This document shows positions 1 through 13,101 of a stretch of DNA of 64,000 nt, in pieces. A program made the translations under genes and the position numbers. The first letter of the stretch is position 1, and the number at the start of each line of letters is the position of its first letter. Location of the stretch: the NCBI RefSeq assembly GCF_006345805.1, contig NC_043003.1, positions 101,122,001-101,186,000 on the forward strand, written 5' to 3'. The notes under the pieces were generated by a model. It was not told the DNA's origin. It searched no databases and saw only the letters and a program-made list of their open reading frames with translations. This DNA is from Octopus sinensis (Eukaryota).

Positions 1-1164
1 GATGTTGGTAAAGTGTTGATTGGGGATACTACATGAACTAACCGCTGAGTTCAATCTGAAGCTGAGCGTGATCTTTGTGCCTTCTGAGAAGAACTGGGTA
101 GACGTCCTAACCAGGGTAAAGCGTGCCTGGTTGCAAGTGCCAGAGGATGCGGAGCAGGCTGTGGCTGCAGTATGCCGTCTGAGTGACTCGGAGTTGAGGA
201 GATTGCATACCATGCATCACATGGGTGTGGACAGGACATTGTTCCTAGCCAGGAAAGTTGACTCCGATGTAACAAGATGGAGCGTGCAGAGAGTGGTTAG
301 CAGCTGTGACAGGTGCCAGTCCATCGACTCTGCTCCGGGCGTACATGAGGCGGGAAGTATTCCAGTGGACCACAACTGGAAATGACTGGCAGTGGACATA
401 ACACATTACTGGCAGGGGACATACCTCTCAATGGTTGACTGCAGACCGGGGCGGTTGGCCATATGGAGGGAGATGAAGACGGGGACCGCAGAGGAAATCG
501 TGAAAGTATTAAATGAGATATTCCTGGAACGAGGCCTCATGGATGAGCTGCTTCTGGATAATGGCATTGTGTTTCATTTGAAGGTGCAGAAAGAAATGCT
601 TGATGGGTGGCATACCGGCCAAGTAGAAATGGGGTGGTGGAAAGGCATCATTGTACCATCAAAACCATGGCAGAGAGGGGCCACATTTCACCAATCGAGG
701 CCATATTTTAGTACAATATGTTGCCCAGGTCAGGACAGGCTGAAGAGTCAGTGTCACACAGGGAAATATTCAGGTATGAGAGGAGGCATCTGTGTACTGC
801 ATCAATACAACCCGGGGCAGAGGAAGAGTACGTCTTTGTGCAGGTCGGGGAAGAAGTTTGGGTAAACCCCCCAAACGCACGGTGTACATCACAATGGGGA
901 GAGGGAACAATAACCTTCATCAATTTGAAGAACAATGTCTCTGCTGATGGCATGCCACATCATGTTTTAGATGTGTGGAAGATTGTCCATGCCTCAGAGG
1001 ATGAAACCAGCAGCAGTGGGCAAGAAGATGAAGACAGCAACAGTAGGCAAGATGATAAAGCCAGCAGCAGCATGCCAGGAACTCAGGCCAGTCCCAGGGT
1101 TGCACAGCAACCACAGAAGGAGCAGCACCCTCCTCCCTGGTTGGCTGATTATGAAACCAGTTAA
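1..1164 (+). mobile_element. Degenerate Ty3/Gypsy-type LTR retrotransposon, end of RNase H plus integrase (frameshifted)
   Basis: ORFs 20-385, 392-865 and 718-1164 give LNLKLSVIFVPSEKNW, LHTMHHMGVDRT..CDRCQ (HHCC zinc finger), DITHY..SMVDC, LLLDNG and the GPY/F-like EEVWVNPPNARCTSQW. Clearly homologous to the element at 22.4-26.6 kb. Confidence 0.85.
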
Positions 1165-1232
1165 GGTGTGAGTTTAGGAGTGAGGAGTGAGTTGGAAAGC
1201 CAGTTGAATGATCTGTAGATCGGGGGGTGGGG

Positions 1233-1433
1233 TGTTATGGGCTGTGATGAGCTATGTGGTGTTGGTGGAGGGGATTTCAGATGAGGCAAATGGAAGTGAA
1301 GATCGCAGGGGCCGGTGGAAGAGCCACAGGGGTATGCGTAAGCAAAAAGCATGTGCAGGCAGTTCAATGAGAGATGGCAGTGTGCAAGAACGTGTTTATT
1401 TCTTGACGGTGGTTGCTCATCCCATCTATGTCA
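1233..1433 (+). repeat. Probable 3' LTR of the element at 1-1164
   Basis: A G-rich PPT-like tract (gatcggggggtgggg) is followed by TGT at 1233, and tttatttc sits near the end as in the 22-24 kb LTRs. The right boundary is uncertain. Confidence 0.5.
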
Positions 1434-2189
1434 ATAGGTAAGGTCTCTGTATTCCTTTCTCCCTTTTGCTTCTTTTTCTGTCGTCTTTTTCCTCCATCAC
1501 ACTACAAAACTACAAGGGTTAAGCAAAGAGGGGACGATACACGGGACTTATCAAATGATACTACATATATGAATAAATACATTATAATTTCGGATGAAAA
1601 TGAGAAAAAAATGGACACGGAATGGGTTTCACCCCACCAACCACATTCCTGCATTAAACCGTTTCATCCTTTTTTTGTTTCTTAACTCCGCTTAATTAGG
1701 CACTTACATACCCAACATTCAAGCTTCTTTCTTCCATCCAAAACTACCTCACTTATTTAGACTGCTACTATTTATATGTTCATTCTCGCCAGGGGCGTCG
1801 TACTCTCACACAACACGTATATACTTTCTTCCTCATTGCATTGTTATATTATATATCTAATACAAGGATATAATAGTTTTTTAAGCCTAGTGTTTGCAGG
1901 GAGAAGCCACTTGCCGCTAGCACCTGATTATAGTATGTAGTGTAGCTATTGAAAATTTCCTGCATAGCTGAGAGATCCAATATCTGTATAGATATGCCTT
2001 TGAATACACTATTCAATGTAGATTTATGATGATTAGAGTTTATGCTAATGTATCTGAGGTATTGATTAGGTTTGTGGTAACGTAAATATAGTGAAGATTT
2101 TTAATCTAAAAAGTAACATCTAGGAAATTAGCTGTTCTGTAGGTGTTCTCAAATGTGATAGATTAAAATTAGCAAAGAATTTATGCAAA

Positions 2190-4280
2190 ATATTTTCTAG
2201 AAAGAGGCAGGTATTGGGTTTGCTATTCAGAATGACCTGGTGAAACATCTTGAATCTCTGCCTGTTGGCATTAGTGAATGACTCATGTCATTGCGTATCT
2301 GCATTGGCAAGAATAAATATGCAACTATTTTCAATTACTATGCTCCAACCATGAACTCAAATGAAGTAGTCAAAGAGCAGTTCTACTCTGAGCTACATAG
2401 CTAATTGAGAGGTGACTCTATCCATGATAAACTTCCTCTCCTTGGTGATTTCAATGCATGTGTAGGTTGTGATACATCCATATGGGGTGACATAATCGGC
2501 AAACATGGGGTTAGCAAGGCAAACTCAAACGGCCATCTGCCGCTACCATTTTGCAGTGAGTATGAACTTTTGATTACCAATACTATTTTCCAAACTCCCC
2601 AACCACCACAAAACTACTTGGAAGCATCCCCAATCAAACTATTATCACCTCATTGATTACATAATTGTGATGTCCAAGTAACACATTCTTTCTCCTTTGG
2701 GAAGTGTTGGTCTGACCATAGACTGATACAACCAAAGGTGAATTTTAATATCCACTGTTCAATCACACTTGACCAGTTCGAAAAGTGAATGTGTTAAAGC
2801 TAAGGAACAATGACAATTTCACCTCATTTCAAACAACCTGTGTCAACAAACTTTCTAGCATCTCAGACAACACAGATATTGAATCAGCATGGGCTGCTTT
2901 TGAAAATGTGAAACACTTGGATATGTTAAGAAGAAGCACCAAGATTGGTTCGACTCAAATGATCCAAACATCTCTCCTCTTTTGGAGAGTACTACTGTCA
3001 ATGGATGTCAAATAAAAATAATGCTCCAAAACGCAATGAGTTTAAAAAGGCCAGAAATACATGCCAATCTCACTGAGGCAAATGAAACAAATATGGTGGC
3101 AAAAGAAGGTGCAAGAGATGTAGGATGCTGCAGACAGATGTAACTCCAGGTTATTCTATCAGAATTGAAAGGGTGTTTTTGGACTTGTGTCTGGTGGCTC
3201 AGTTCCCATAATTTCAATTTAGGGTAATCTTTTGACAGATAAAAAGGAGATCATGAAGCGTTGAGCAGAGCATTTTTCAAATATTTTTCTGAATATGGAC
3301 TCATTGATGAAGAACTGATTGACAACTTACCATAGAGGCCTGTCAGTTATACAAAAAAAAATGACCATAAAACAGCTCACAAATGGAAAGTCATCTGGGA
3401 ATGATGGCATACCAGCCAGGATATATAAACATGGTAGCAGTCTCCTGCTGAACAAGTTATGTGAACTCTTCTCCTTAATCTGGGAATCAGGATCAGTTCC
3501 ACAAGAGTTTAGAGAAGCTTCTATTGTCCATCTTTATAAGCACAAAGATAACAAGTGTGAATGTGACAACCATAGAGGTATCTCCCTTTTGTGTGTTGCT
3601 AGGAAGATCCTTTGAAGGGTTACCTGAAACAGACTAACTTATGCTCTTGCCAGCTTAGTGTTGTTTGAATCGCAGTGTGGATTTTTGGGTTGGTAGAGGC
3701 ACAGTGGATATGATTTTTAGTCTGAGGCTGCTGCTGGTAAAAGCTCATGAGTACAACCAGGACAGTTTTGTCACTTTTGTAGTTCTAACTAAAGCTTTCA
3801 ACACTGTATCTATGGATATTCTTGGGTTTATCCTTAGAAAGCTAGGTGTTCTCAAAAAGATGCCCAATGCCATCATTTCTTTATATCAAGGGATAATGGC
3901 TTCTGTCAGATTTAGCAGGGACATGACTGATTCATTCACAGCCTCAAATGGGACAAAACAAGGTTGTGTTCTTGCATTGTTCTTATTTGCTTTGTATTTC
4001 TCCATCATATTGGAAACAGTATTCAAGAGTGTTAAAGGAGTAAAGTTTGAGTACAGAACTGGTAGTGGCTTGTTTAACCAACAGTGCTTCAAAGTAAAAA
4101 CTAAAACTTTGGTGCAAACAGTTCAATATTCGCTCTTCGTAGACAATTGTGCACTTGTAACACATACTCTTGAGGACATGCAATGGATCCTAAACAACTT
4201 TGTTAGTTCTACTAAGTTATGGGCTGTGAAAATTGCTGGTGTTACATTAACATTAGCAGTGTTTGTAAGTCAAGCACGAA
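2190..4280 (+). mobile_element. Degraded RTE (BovB-like) LINE: AP endonuclease plus RT
   Basis: Motifs GIGFAI, YAPT, LLGDFNACVG, KSSGNDGIPA, HRGISLLCVARKIL, FWVGRGTVDMIF, LTKAF and GTKQGCVLA, with many stops and frameshifts. Confidence 0.9.
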
Positions 4281-4589
4281 CCCTCCCTGTTCTTATTCAG
4301 TGACATATCCCAGAGGAGACAAGTTAAGGCTACTTGACATTAATGAGGTTGAAGTCTCCTAGAAGATGCATGTGAAGGTTGTCATCTAGATTGGTTAACC
4401 TCACTAATGTTGCTGACTTTTTTGACCAACAGCATGAAAACCTCTTCACCAATGGGATCCAAGCACTGCAGGGGGAACTATGTTGAAAAATAAACTTCAG
4501 TTGGTCACATTCCATAAGAGCATCTTCAATGGCCTATGAACTTTTCACCTGACCCTCATATCACCAAGATGGTGGCTATGTGTTGTTGA

Positions 4590-6200
4590 ATGGTCAGGCA
4601 AATTCTGAGGTATCTCCTTTATCCTTGTAGTAGCTAACAAGAATGCTACTACTCCAGTCACTGGGTATTACACCTTTCTGAAGGACTTGATTAACTATGC
4701 AGATGGCCAACCTGTATCCTATCCTACCAGGTATTTTGATCATCTCAGCAGTGATTCCAGATGGACCAAGGACTTTCCTTGTTTTCATATCTTTAATTTA
4801 CTTATCTACCATACAGCTGTCTGCTAGGATAGCAGGTTCCTCTGTGGAGTTCACATCAAGAAGATTCCCTTTATCCCATTCATTTTCTACATTCAACAGT
4901 GTTGCATAATAACTCTTCCATGCTTCTTTCTTGTCCAAATCACTAACTGCAAGCATACCATTATTCATCCATACACACTTCTCTCCCACAATATCTTGAT
5001 TCTCTCTTATACACTGTCTCACAATCCAGAACACCTCATGCCTCTGATCTTCATGCTGCAGGACATTGACAAAGCTCTTCTTTTCTGCTTCTGCCTAGCC
5101 AGGTAAACCTGATGTCAAGCTTCCCTTTTAGCTTTCTGATATGATTCTTTTCTACCCACACTTTTCCATTCTTTCCAGACCTGTCTCTTCTCTTTTATGG
5201 CTCTGCTAATGTCACAGTTCCACTACTATGTCATGCTTGGTCTGGCAAAAGCTTTACTCCAGCCACAGATTTAGTTTGTCATCCTCAGTAGAATGTTCCG
5301 TCTGAACTTCCAGTTGTCCTCTATATCATATGTCTCTATCTCTTCCTCCTTTTCATGGAAGGTTTCATTAAGAACATCTTTAAATCTTTGTCTATTTGAT
5401 GAATCCTTGAGCCTTCTTTTCCATATCATCTTGTCATATCAACATATCAACACCCTTCTTTTCCATATCACCTTGTCTCTTTGAATCCTTCTGGCCCTAA
5501 GTCTGATGTCACTAACCTATGTTGAGTTGTGCATTATTCCCCCAGGAAAAATTTTGCATTTATGAATATACACCTGTTCCTGTATCTGGTTGATGTACCC
5601 ACTAGATTGATAAGTAATCAGACGGTTGGCAGGTTTCCTGAAGTTTGTGTTGCAGACCAGTAAGCCATGAGCATCACAAAACTCCAGCAACCTTGTCCCC
5701 TCTTCATTTCTGGAGCCAAAGCCATACCCTCCATGCCCACGCTGAAGTACATCGAGGTGTCATCCTACATGTCCATTGAAGTTCCCTGATATGATGAGTA
5801 CATCATTGTCTTTCATCATTCAGGTAGTCCTCAGAAAGGATTTGTAGAATTAGTCCTTCTGAGCATGTGAGTCAGGTGTGTGGAGCATATGCAGAGATAA
5901 CTGACATAGTTACATCAAACAAGGCTATTCTTAACTTAATAATCCTATCATATACCCTGACTAACTCAATCACTTTATCCACCCATTTTTCTGCTAGTAG
6001 AATGCCCATGCCACCTATACTGTTATTATTGCCTACTCAGAAAAATTTGTATCTATGTCTCTTGCCTGAAAGCAGTCTAACTGAGGCTCACCTCAATCAA
6101 ACTCTTATACACAGCATACATGTCTCCACTCAAGCATTTCAACTATCTCTCCATACTTACCTTTCATTGTGCCAATGTTGATTGTGGCAGCTCTGAGCTT
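4590..6200 (-). mobile_element. Degraded RTE-type LINE (second family): endonuclease to start of RT
   Basis: The minus strand gives VISAYAPH, ISGNFNGHVG, RLLEFCDAHG, KKEAWKSYYATLLNVENEWD and MKTRKVLGPSGITAEM. Confidence 0.8.
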
Positions 6201-6389
6201 GCAGAACTGGGAAGAAAGTTGGAGGGATGTTTTCAGCTTCTGAAAAGGAAATTACTTTTGTAGTTGCATGCCTGGAGGCAGCAAACCCTTGTGCTTAGTG
6301 TGAGAAATAATGTTACACTTGCAGTTTCAATTTCCTTTAGTTCCCAAAAGCCTTCATGAGTATGCACATACATGCATAGAAATGTAAAT

Positions 6390-7780
6390 ATGCATTGGAT
6401 GCACCCTCACATAAGATGCACCCCTATTTTATAAGGATATTTTGTGGAAAAAAACAATTCTAATATGTTTCATCATACATTTATTGAAAAATATTCTAAA
6501 GTGGTTTTTCAGGGAAAATTGTATGATTCTGGGCATGAAATATAATATTGTGACAGTATACTGGAATAAAGTATGAAATCATATATGGCTTTACACTCAC
6601 CGTTAAAGGAAACTAAATTAAATTTGCCATAACAAAAAAGAAATATACATTGGTATGAATGAATCCTGGTACATGCAAACAAAAAGCAAATATACTGATA
6701 AAAACTGGTGCAAACCAATCAGTAAAGTACAATAAATGTGATGAATTCCAATAGATAGTTACAATTAGTCTTTCACACTGTTGCCATCAATATTGCTGGT
6801 ACTCTCTTCATCACTGAAACTTTCCGCAATAGGATCCTGAGCCATAATATCTTCTTCAAACAATAAATTGTCTTTGGTACCATCAAGAGCATTACTAATG
6901 CCACATTTTAAATGATTTCACAACTACCTCTTCTTTTACAGCATTCCGTGAACTTTTTACCTACTCACATACCTGTGTAATAGTAGGTCTCTTCCTTCTT
7001 CCTGTTGGTGTCGCTTCAAAATCTGAAGACTGCATCCACTTGCCCCACTCTTCCTACATGAATCTTTTAAATGGTTTTTTGATTGAAATATCTAAAGGCT
7101 GTAACTGGCTGGTTAGACCTCCTGGAATTACAGCTAAATGGGTCTTCAGTTCTCCAAGTTTCCTCTCAACACACTCAATTCTATGATCCCGAAACTGGTC
7201 CCAAACTAATAAGGCAGGTTTCTGTAATAGCCCGCCAGGATGCCTAGACCACACTTTATCAAGTCACAGTCTCATTCCTCTCTCATCCATCCAACCTTTT
7301 GGGTGGATATGAACATAAATGCTATTGGGTATCCTTTCTTTAGGCAATGCCCTTTTAAAAATTAAAAAAGGGCAGCAGTTTTGTGCCATCAGTGCAGCAT
7401 GCTAATACAACTGTGTAGTGTATCTTTTCATGGCTGCATGTTTAAACAGTCACGGTTTTAGCACCCTTGGTTCTACTGGCACATCAAATGTCAAAGAGAC
7501 CTCGTCCATATTTGCTATCTGTGAAAGTTCAAAAATAACTTCTTTTCTTGCATTAATTACATACCTGGAGTACCATGATGTTGATCCTTTAAAATCATTG
7601 ATATCTTTGTCCATTGCTGTATGTCTTGAATGGTACATAATTATTGTAGTGGATACTGAAAATTCCAATCTTCTTTGGTCTAAAACCTATGTTTTTAATT
7701 CTTCTTCTAGTTTGGGCCACTTTACAACCTGCAAACAGAAACAAACCCTGTAATGAAAGGTGCTTTTATGCAAATACATA
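6390..7780 (-). mobile_element. pogo/Tigger-type DNA transposon remnant (HTH_Tnp_Tc5 and DDE_1 fragments)
   Basis: FKGSTSWYSRY, QIANMDEVSLTFD and LLVWDQFRDH..VIPGGLTSQLQPLDISIKKPFK. The boundaries are approximate. Confidence 0.8.
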
Positions 7781-9214
7781 ACCAACATCCCAAGACCTAC
7801 ACTTCCATAAACACAGCTTAAATGGTAATATACACTTATTAGACACTGCAAACATAATGATGTTGAGTACTCTCAATGCAATAGATATCACAAAGACCAA
7901 GTAAAACACTTCTCAACCCAATACACACAGAGTGATGCTTGGTTATGTACTGAAAGCAACCATTAAAAATAATACTTCTGAAATAATCTACCATTAGTAA
8001 TAACATAATGCTTATCATCATCAACATACTTGCTGATGTAGTTAAGAAGCACTTCACAGTTATTGATTTCCCATTGAACAAGCATAGCTAATTAGTTAAT
8101 GGTCATCTTTAGTTGATATATTTAAATATGTGTGCGTGTGTGTGTCTACATGGTGTCTTAAAAGATGTTGGGGGTGGAGGTGATGTTGAGGAAGCAATGG
8201 TTAAAAATAATAGATGGAAAGAGAAAGTGAAGGAGAAAGGTTTCTTTAGTAAAGAGTATTATCTTAAGTAATATTGTCTGTAAAGAGGTGACCTTTGAAA
8301 GAAATCCCTGATAATGGATAAATCAATTTATAAATGTAATGAATGAGGTTATTGTTAGGGACTATACATGGTATTAAAAAGTGTTACCATGTAAATGATG
8401 TACATAGATGTGTATGTGGGGATCTCTTCTGGTTTCATTCAATCTTTCTTCCATTTTCTTCTTTAACTTTTTCTCAGTAAATGTGTGTGTGTGCATGTGT
8501 GTGTGTAAGTTAAACAAGTAAGGTATTGGTCTCTTGATTTACAGAGAATTACTTCAAATCTCCAATATTCTAAACGGGTTCAATGTTCTATCTACCAATA
8601 TATTTGAATTATTTCTTTCAGGCTAAAAACAAAAACTGGAGGAACATGTCCATGCATCCACATGTGTGCGCATGCACGCACACGCATACACACACACACA
8701 CATTCAGATACATATGCAGATATACACGCAGACTCACACATATATACATATTAAAAGTAAATAGACATTATCAGTTTTCAAAGATTTATTTCCAGTAACA
8801 AAGTATAATGTCCTTTGGTGCATTTACATAATTAATCTAGCATTTCTTGTGTATTTTCAATGATTTAACCCATTTTGGCATTATACTAATGAGTAGTGTC
8901 TGCACAGATAAAATGGTAAATTGTGACATCAGTGTATATCTAGATATATTATACAAATACAGAAGACACACATACAGAATTCAGAATTTCCTAGCAACTC
9001 ACAAGGTATGAAGATCACCAGTCTGTAATCAATGCCTGTGCACTCATCAGCTGTGGCCATGAACCCTATTCAGGAAGAAGATTTCTTCATACAACACCTA
9101 ATGAACGGTGGACAGGCATTGATTACTGATTGGTAGTGTAATCAAATAACTTCATGCCCATGGATTACTGGGAAGCTCCAAGTGCTGTGATTGTTCCATG
9201 TCTTTGTCATTATT

Positions 9215-11056
9215 ATCATCATCATCATCATCATCATGTCTATTGCCCATGCTGACATGGATTGGATGGTTTGATCAGAGCTGGTAAGATGAGGGGCTGT
9301 CTGATTTGGCATTGTTTCTGCAGCTGGATGCCCTTCCTAATACCAAGCACTCTGGGAGTGTAAAGGGCGCTTTCATATGCCACCAGCATGGTGCCAGTTG
9401 TGTGACACCAGTATCTGCCAGGACTACAATTTCACTTGGCTTGATGGGTCTTCTACTTAAGCATAGCATATTGCTGAAAGACTCAGTCATTTGTCATTGC
9501 CTTAATGAGGGCCAAAGCTTGAATGGTTCTTTTTACGTTCCACCGGCACAGGTGTTAGTTACATGACACCAGTATCAGCCACATTGTCTCCATGAGGCCC
9601 AACACTGGAAAGGTGCTTTGTACATGCCACCGGCACAGGTGCCAGTTATGTGACACTGCCATTGATCATGACTATGATTTCACTTGACTTGATGGGTCTT
9701 CTCAAGCATAGCATATTGCCAAAGGTCTCAGTCGCTAGTCATTGACTTCATGAGGCCCAATGTTTGAAGATCATGCTTCACCACCTTGTTCCATGTCTTC
9801 CTGGGTCTATCCCTTCCACAAGTTCCCCCAACAGTTATAGATAGGCACAGCTGTCCTCATTCATATGCATCACATGACCATATCAGTGCATGTCTTCTGC
9901 ATTCAGAGCCCACATCTCACTACCATGTGGAATTGCTGTCTGTATACATGCATCATACAATCTTGCACACCACCTTTTCTACCTCTTATGCCCAACTTTT
10001 CTCTCATGACACTTACACTCTGTCATACATACACACTGATATTGCACATCCAGTGAAGCATGCTAGCTTCATTTCTTTCAAGCCTACACATGTTCTTGGC
10101 AGTCACAGGCCATGTTTCACTGTTGTGTGGCATAGCTGTTTGCACACAGGCATCATACAGTCTGCCTTTCACACTGAGGAAAAATCCCATTGTTGCCAGC
10201 AAAGGTAGGTGCTCTCTGAACTTTGACCAACCTATTTTCATTCTCTTGGAACATCCACCTCTGCTACTGACTTGCTCACTTAGATAACAAAAATTATCAA
10301 CTACCTCTAGCTTACCTACTTGTTATTTGATGGAGTCTATTTTCTGTACATTTTTAGTGTTTATTGTACCTGTGCACCTTCCACACACAAAAACTATTTT
10401 CCCAGTTAACCTTCATTAACCAGTTAACCTCTGATATTGCTGCACCTCTTATGTGTCCATAGCTTGCACCAGGTACATCTTATGCAATTTTTTCTTATGC
10501 CTTTTCTACAGATCAAGCAGGGCCATCTGCCTGAAGGTATTTGTCTGCTTTCCTACTTACCAAGACTTTGGTTTTTGCTAGTTAATCCTAGGGCCCTTTA
10601 ATTCTAAACCTTGCTTCCACACCTGAAATTTCTTCTCTAGTTCTGGTTGTGATTCATCTATAAGAACAAGGTCATCAACATGAAGGAGTCCCAGGGGCAG
10701 TCTGTCTTAAATTCTTCTGTTATTGCTTGGAGGACTATGATGAATAAGAGAGGGCTGAGGACTGCTCCTTGGTGAATCCCTACTTGTACCCTGAATTCTT
10801 CGCTATACTCATTGCCAACCCTCACCTTACTGACTGCTTGTACATAGCTTTCACCAACCACTCAACTATCTCTAGTTTCCGCATTGACCATCAGATAAAG
10901 GAGCAGGTGATCCTGTCAAAGGCTTTCTCCATGTCAACAAAAGCCAAGTAATAAGGTTTATATTTGGCTAGGTACTTCTCCTATAACATCAGTGGTACTT
11001 CTTCCTGGCACAAAACCAAACTGCATCTCATAATCGCTTCATTCCCTTTCTGATAT
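9215..11056 (-). mobile_element. 5'-truncated RTE LINE with long 3' UTR and (GAT)n tail
   Basis: RT fragments GIHQGAVLSPLLFIIVL and KFRELLPLL..GRLYDACVQT..ETW. The 3' UTR carries repeated TGCCACCGGCACAGGTG blocks and ends in (CAT)n on the plus strand at ~9215-9237. Confidence 0.8.
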
Positions 11057-11230
11057 GTGCATGTCCTCTGCATTCAGAGCCCACATCTCACTACCATGTG
11101 GAATTGCTGTCTGTATACATGCATCATACAATCTTACTTTCATTTAAGGAGAGAAATTGTTCATTGCCAACAGAGGTAACAGCTCTCTGAATTCCCTCAG
11201 TCTATTTTAATGATATGAAGATCTTCTTTT
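11057..11230 (-). mobile_element. Older RTE fragment abutting the previous element
   Basis: The minus strand reads FRELLPLL..RLYDACIQTAIPHGSEMW. Confidence 0.6.
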
Positions 11231-11619
11231 GGTGTCACACATATTGTTAATCATCATGAATACATACATATTCTTCATCAGTGTAGTATAAGACAAAATT
11301 GGTCAATTGTACAAAGCTAATGAAAGTGGACTGTTTTGGCATGCTTTGCCACAGAAAAAATTTGCATCTTCTGGAAAAAAAAACAGGCAACGTGATTCAA
11401 GAACACAAAGTCAATAGGAAACATGTTGAGGGATTATTTTTTAACATGGATTACTTGTAACCCAATGAGCTAGCTGATTTAATTAATTTAAAGATTGCTT
11501 ATATTAATACAGACATGTAAGTAGTTTACTTATAATAAAATAAATTATCTATGCATGTTTTATTAAGTTTCAGAACAATTTCCATTGGTTAAATAAATTT
11601 TATCATACTATATTTCTCT

Positions 11620-11872
11620 CGTGGAGGCGTGTGGATTAGTGGTTAGGATGTTGAACTCATGATCATAAGGTTGTGGTTTCGATTCCTGGACCGGGCAATG
11701 CGTTATGTTCTTGAGCAAAGCACTTCATTTTCACGATGCTCTAGTTCACTCAGTTGGCAAAAATGAGTAATCCTGTGACGGACCGGCATCCCGTTCAGGT
11801 GGGGAATTTCTACGCCACTGAAACCCGGAAACTGGACCTTATGAGCCTGGCATGGCTTGAGAAGGGACATTT
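11620..11872 (+). mobile_element. tRNA-derived SINE
   Basis: A-box-like TGGATTAGTGG and B-box-like GGTTTCGATTCC, with a tail shared with the next SINE. Confidence 0.75.
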
Positions 11873-11874
11873 GT

Positions 11875-12180
11875 GGAGGCACATGGCCTAGTGGTTAGAG
11901 CAGCGGACTTGTGGTCGAGGGATCATGGGTTCGATTCTCAGACCAGGCAATGTGTGTGTTTATGAGCGAAACACCTAAGCTCCATGTGGCTCTGGCAGAA
12001 GGTAATGGCGAAACTTCTGCTGACTCTTTCGCCACAACTTTCTCTCACTCTTTCCTCCTGCATCTTGCAGCTCACCTGTGACAGACCAGCGTCCTGTCCA
12101 GGTGGGGAACCTATATGCCAAAGAAACTGGGAAACTGGCCCTATGAGCCAGGCATGGCTCGCGAAGGAACAAACAGCAAC
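11875..12180 (+). mobile_element. tRNA-derived SINE
   Basis: TGGCCTAGTGG A box, GGTTCGATTCT B box and an A/C-rich tail. Confidence 0.8.
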
Positions 12181-12395
12181 AATAGTTCTCTCATTATTCA
12201 TACATACATACATAGATGCATTAAATTACCAAACTTTTAAACTGTCATATTTCATATATTTACATATATTTTTAATACAATATTATTTTAGATACATATA
12301 TCTTCATGAGGAATTTTTTTGATATTAAATTTCATGCTATTATTTCAAAATACAGTGTACATATATATATATGTGTATATATATATATATATATG

Positions 12396-12880
12396 TCAGC
12401 GCTCGTCAGTTGCCTTCTCGTCCCCGCCAGAACAAAGGCCTTCGTTCGTCTTTTTCGTTTGTTCTCTTGTTTATTTTGATTTACGTTTTGTATTTTCTTG
12501 TACATGTATCTTTAATTTTGTATTTTTTTCTTGTATTTTTTTTGTGCAGTTCTTTGTTACGTCCCTTTTTGTGTTACATCTTTTTCTTGTCCGTTTTACC
12601 CCTCTACGAGGTTATTTTATTTTAATTCTCTCGTAGGAAGGCCTAGCATGACCAGACATGTCTTGTCTTGCCTTCAAAACACGCTATGTCTGCTAGCGAC
12701 AGCTGATGAAGGGGATTTTTCCTTGTGCAGCATGTCCTGTACTTCGTTTTCCTGCTGTACATAATTGTTTTTCCCGTTTTCGTTTCGTCTTGTTCCACGT
12801 CTTTGTCCTTATGTTGTAACAAAATGGCTTTTCCGTTTTCGTTTCTGTTGATTTTTACGCCTTCTTGTGGTGTCCTGTAC
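12396..12880. repeat. Unclassified T-rich interspersed repeat sitting in (TA)n
   Basis: Sharp compositional boundaries with (TA)n on both sides and no credible ORF. Confidence 0.45.
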
Positions 12881-12954
12881 GTATATATATTTATATATGC
12901 ATGTATATATACATGTAGATGTCGGTATGTACATATATGTATATATATGTATAA

Positions 12955-13093
12955 GGGCATCCAGCTGTAGAAACACTGCCAGATCAGACTGGAGCCTGGG
13001 GCAGCCCCTGGCTCCCCAGACCCCGGTCAAACCGTCCAACCCGTGCTAGCGCGGAAAACGGACGTTAAACGATGATGATGATGATGATGATGA
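12955..13093 (+). mobile_element. RTE/SINE 3' tail fragment ending in (GAT)n
   Basis: aagggcatccagctgtagaaac...ggacgttaaac(gat)n, the same tail type as at 9215-9330 and 49860-50000. Confidence 0.7.
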
Positions 13094-13101
13094 TATACAT
13101 A

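Noticed and set aside
4300-4590. Filler between two converging RTE LINEs
   Set aside because: No recognisable termini or motifs, so it was left unannotated.
11875-11950. tRNA gene
   Set aside because: A and B boxes are present but there is no complete cloverleaf, and the sequence runs into a SINE body.
12697-12745. Possible hammerhead (ACAG-CTGATGA-...-CATGTC-CTGT)
   Set aside because: Stem I and a GUC site can be drawn, but the essential GAAA is absent (GCAG) and stem II is poor.
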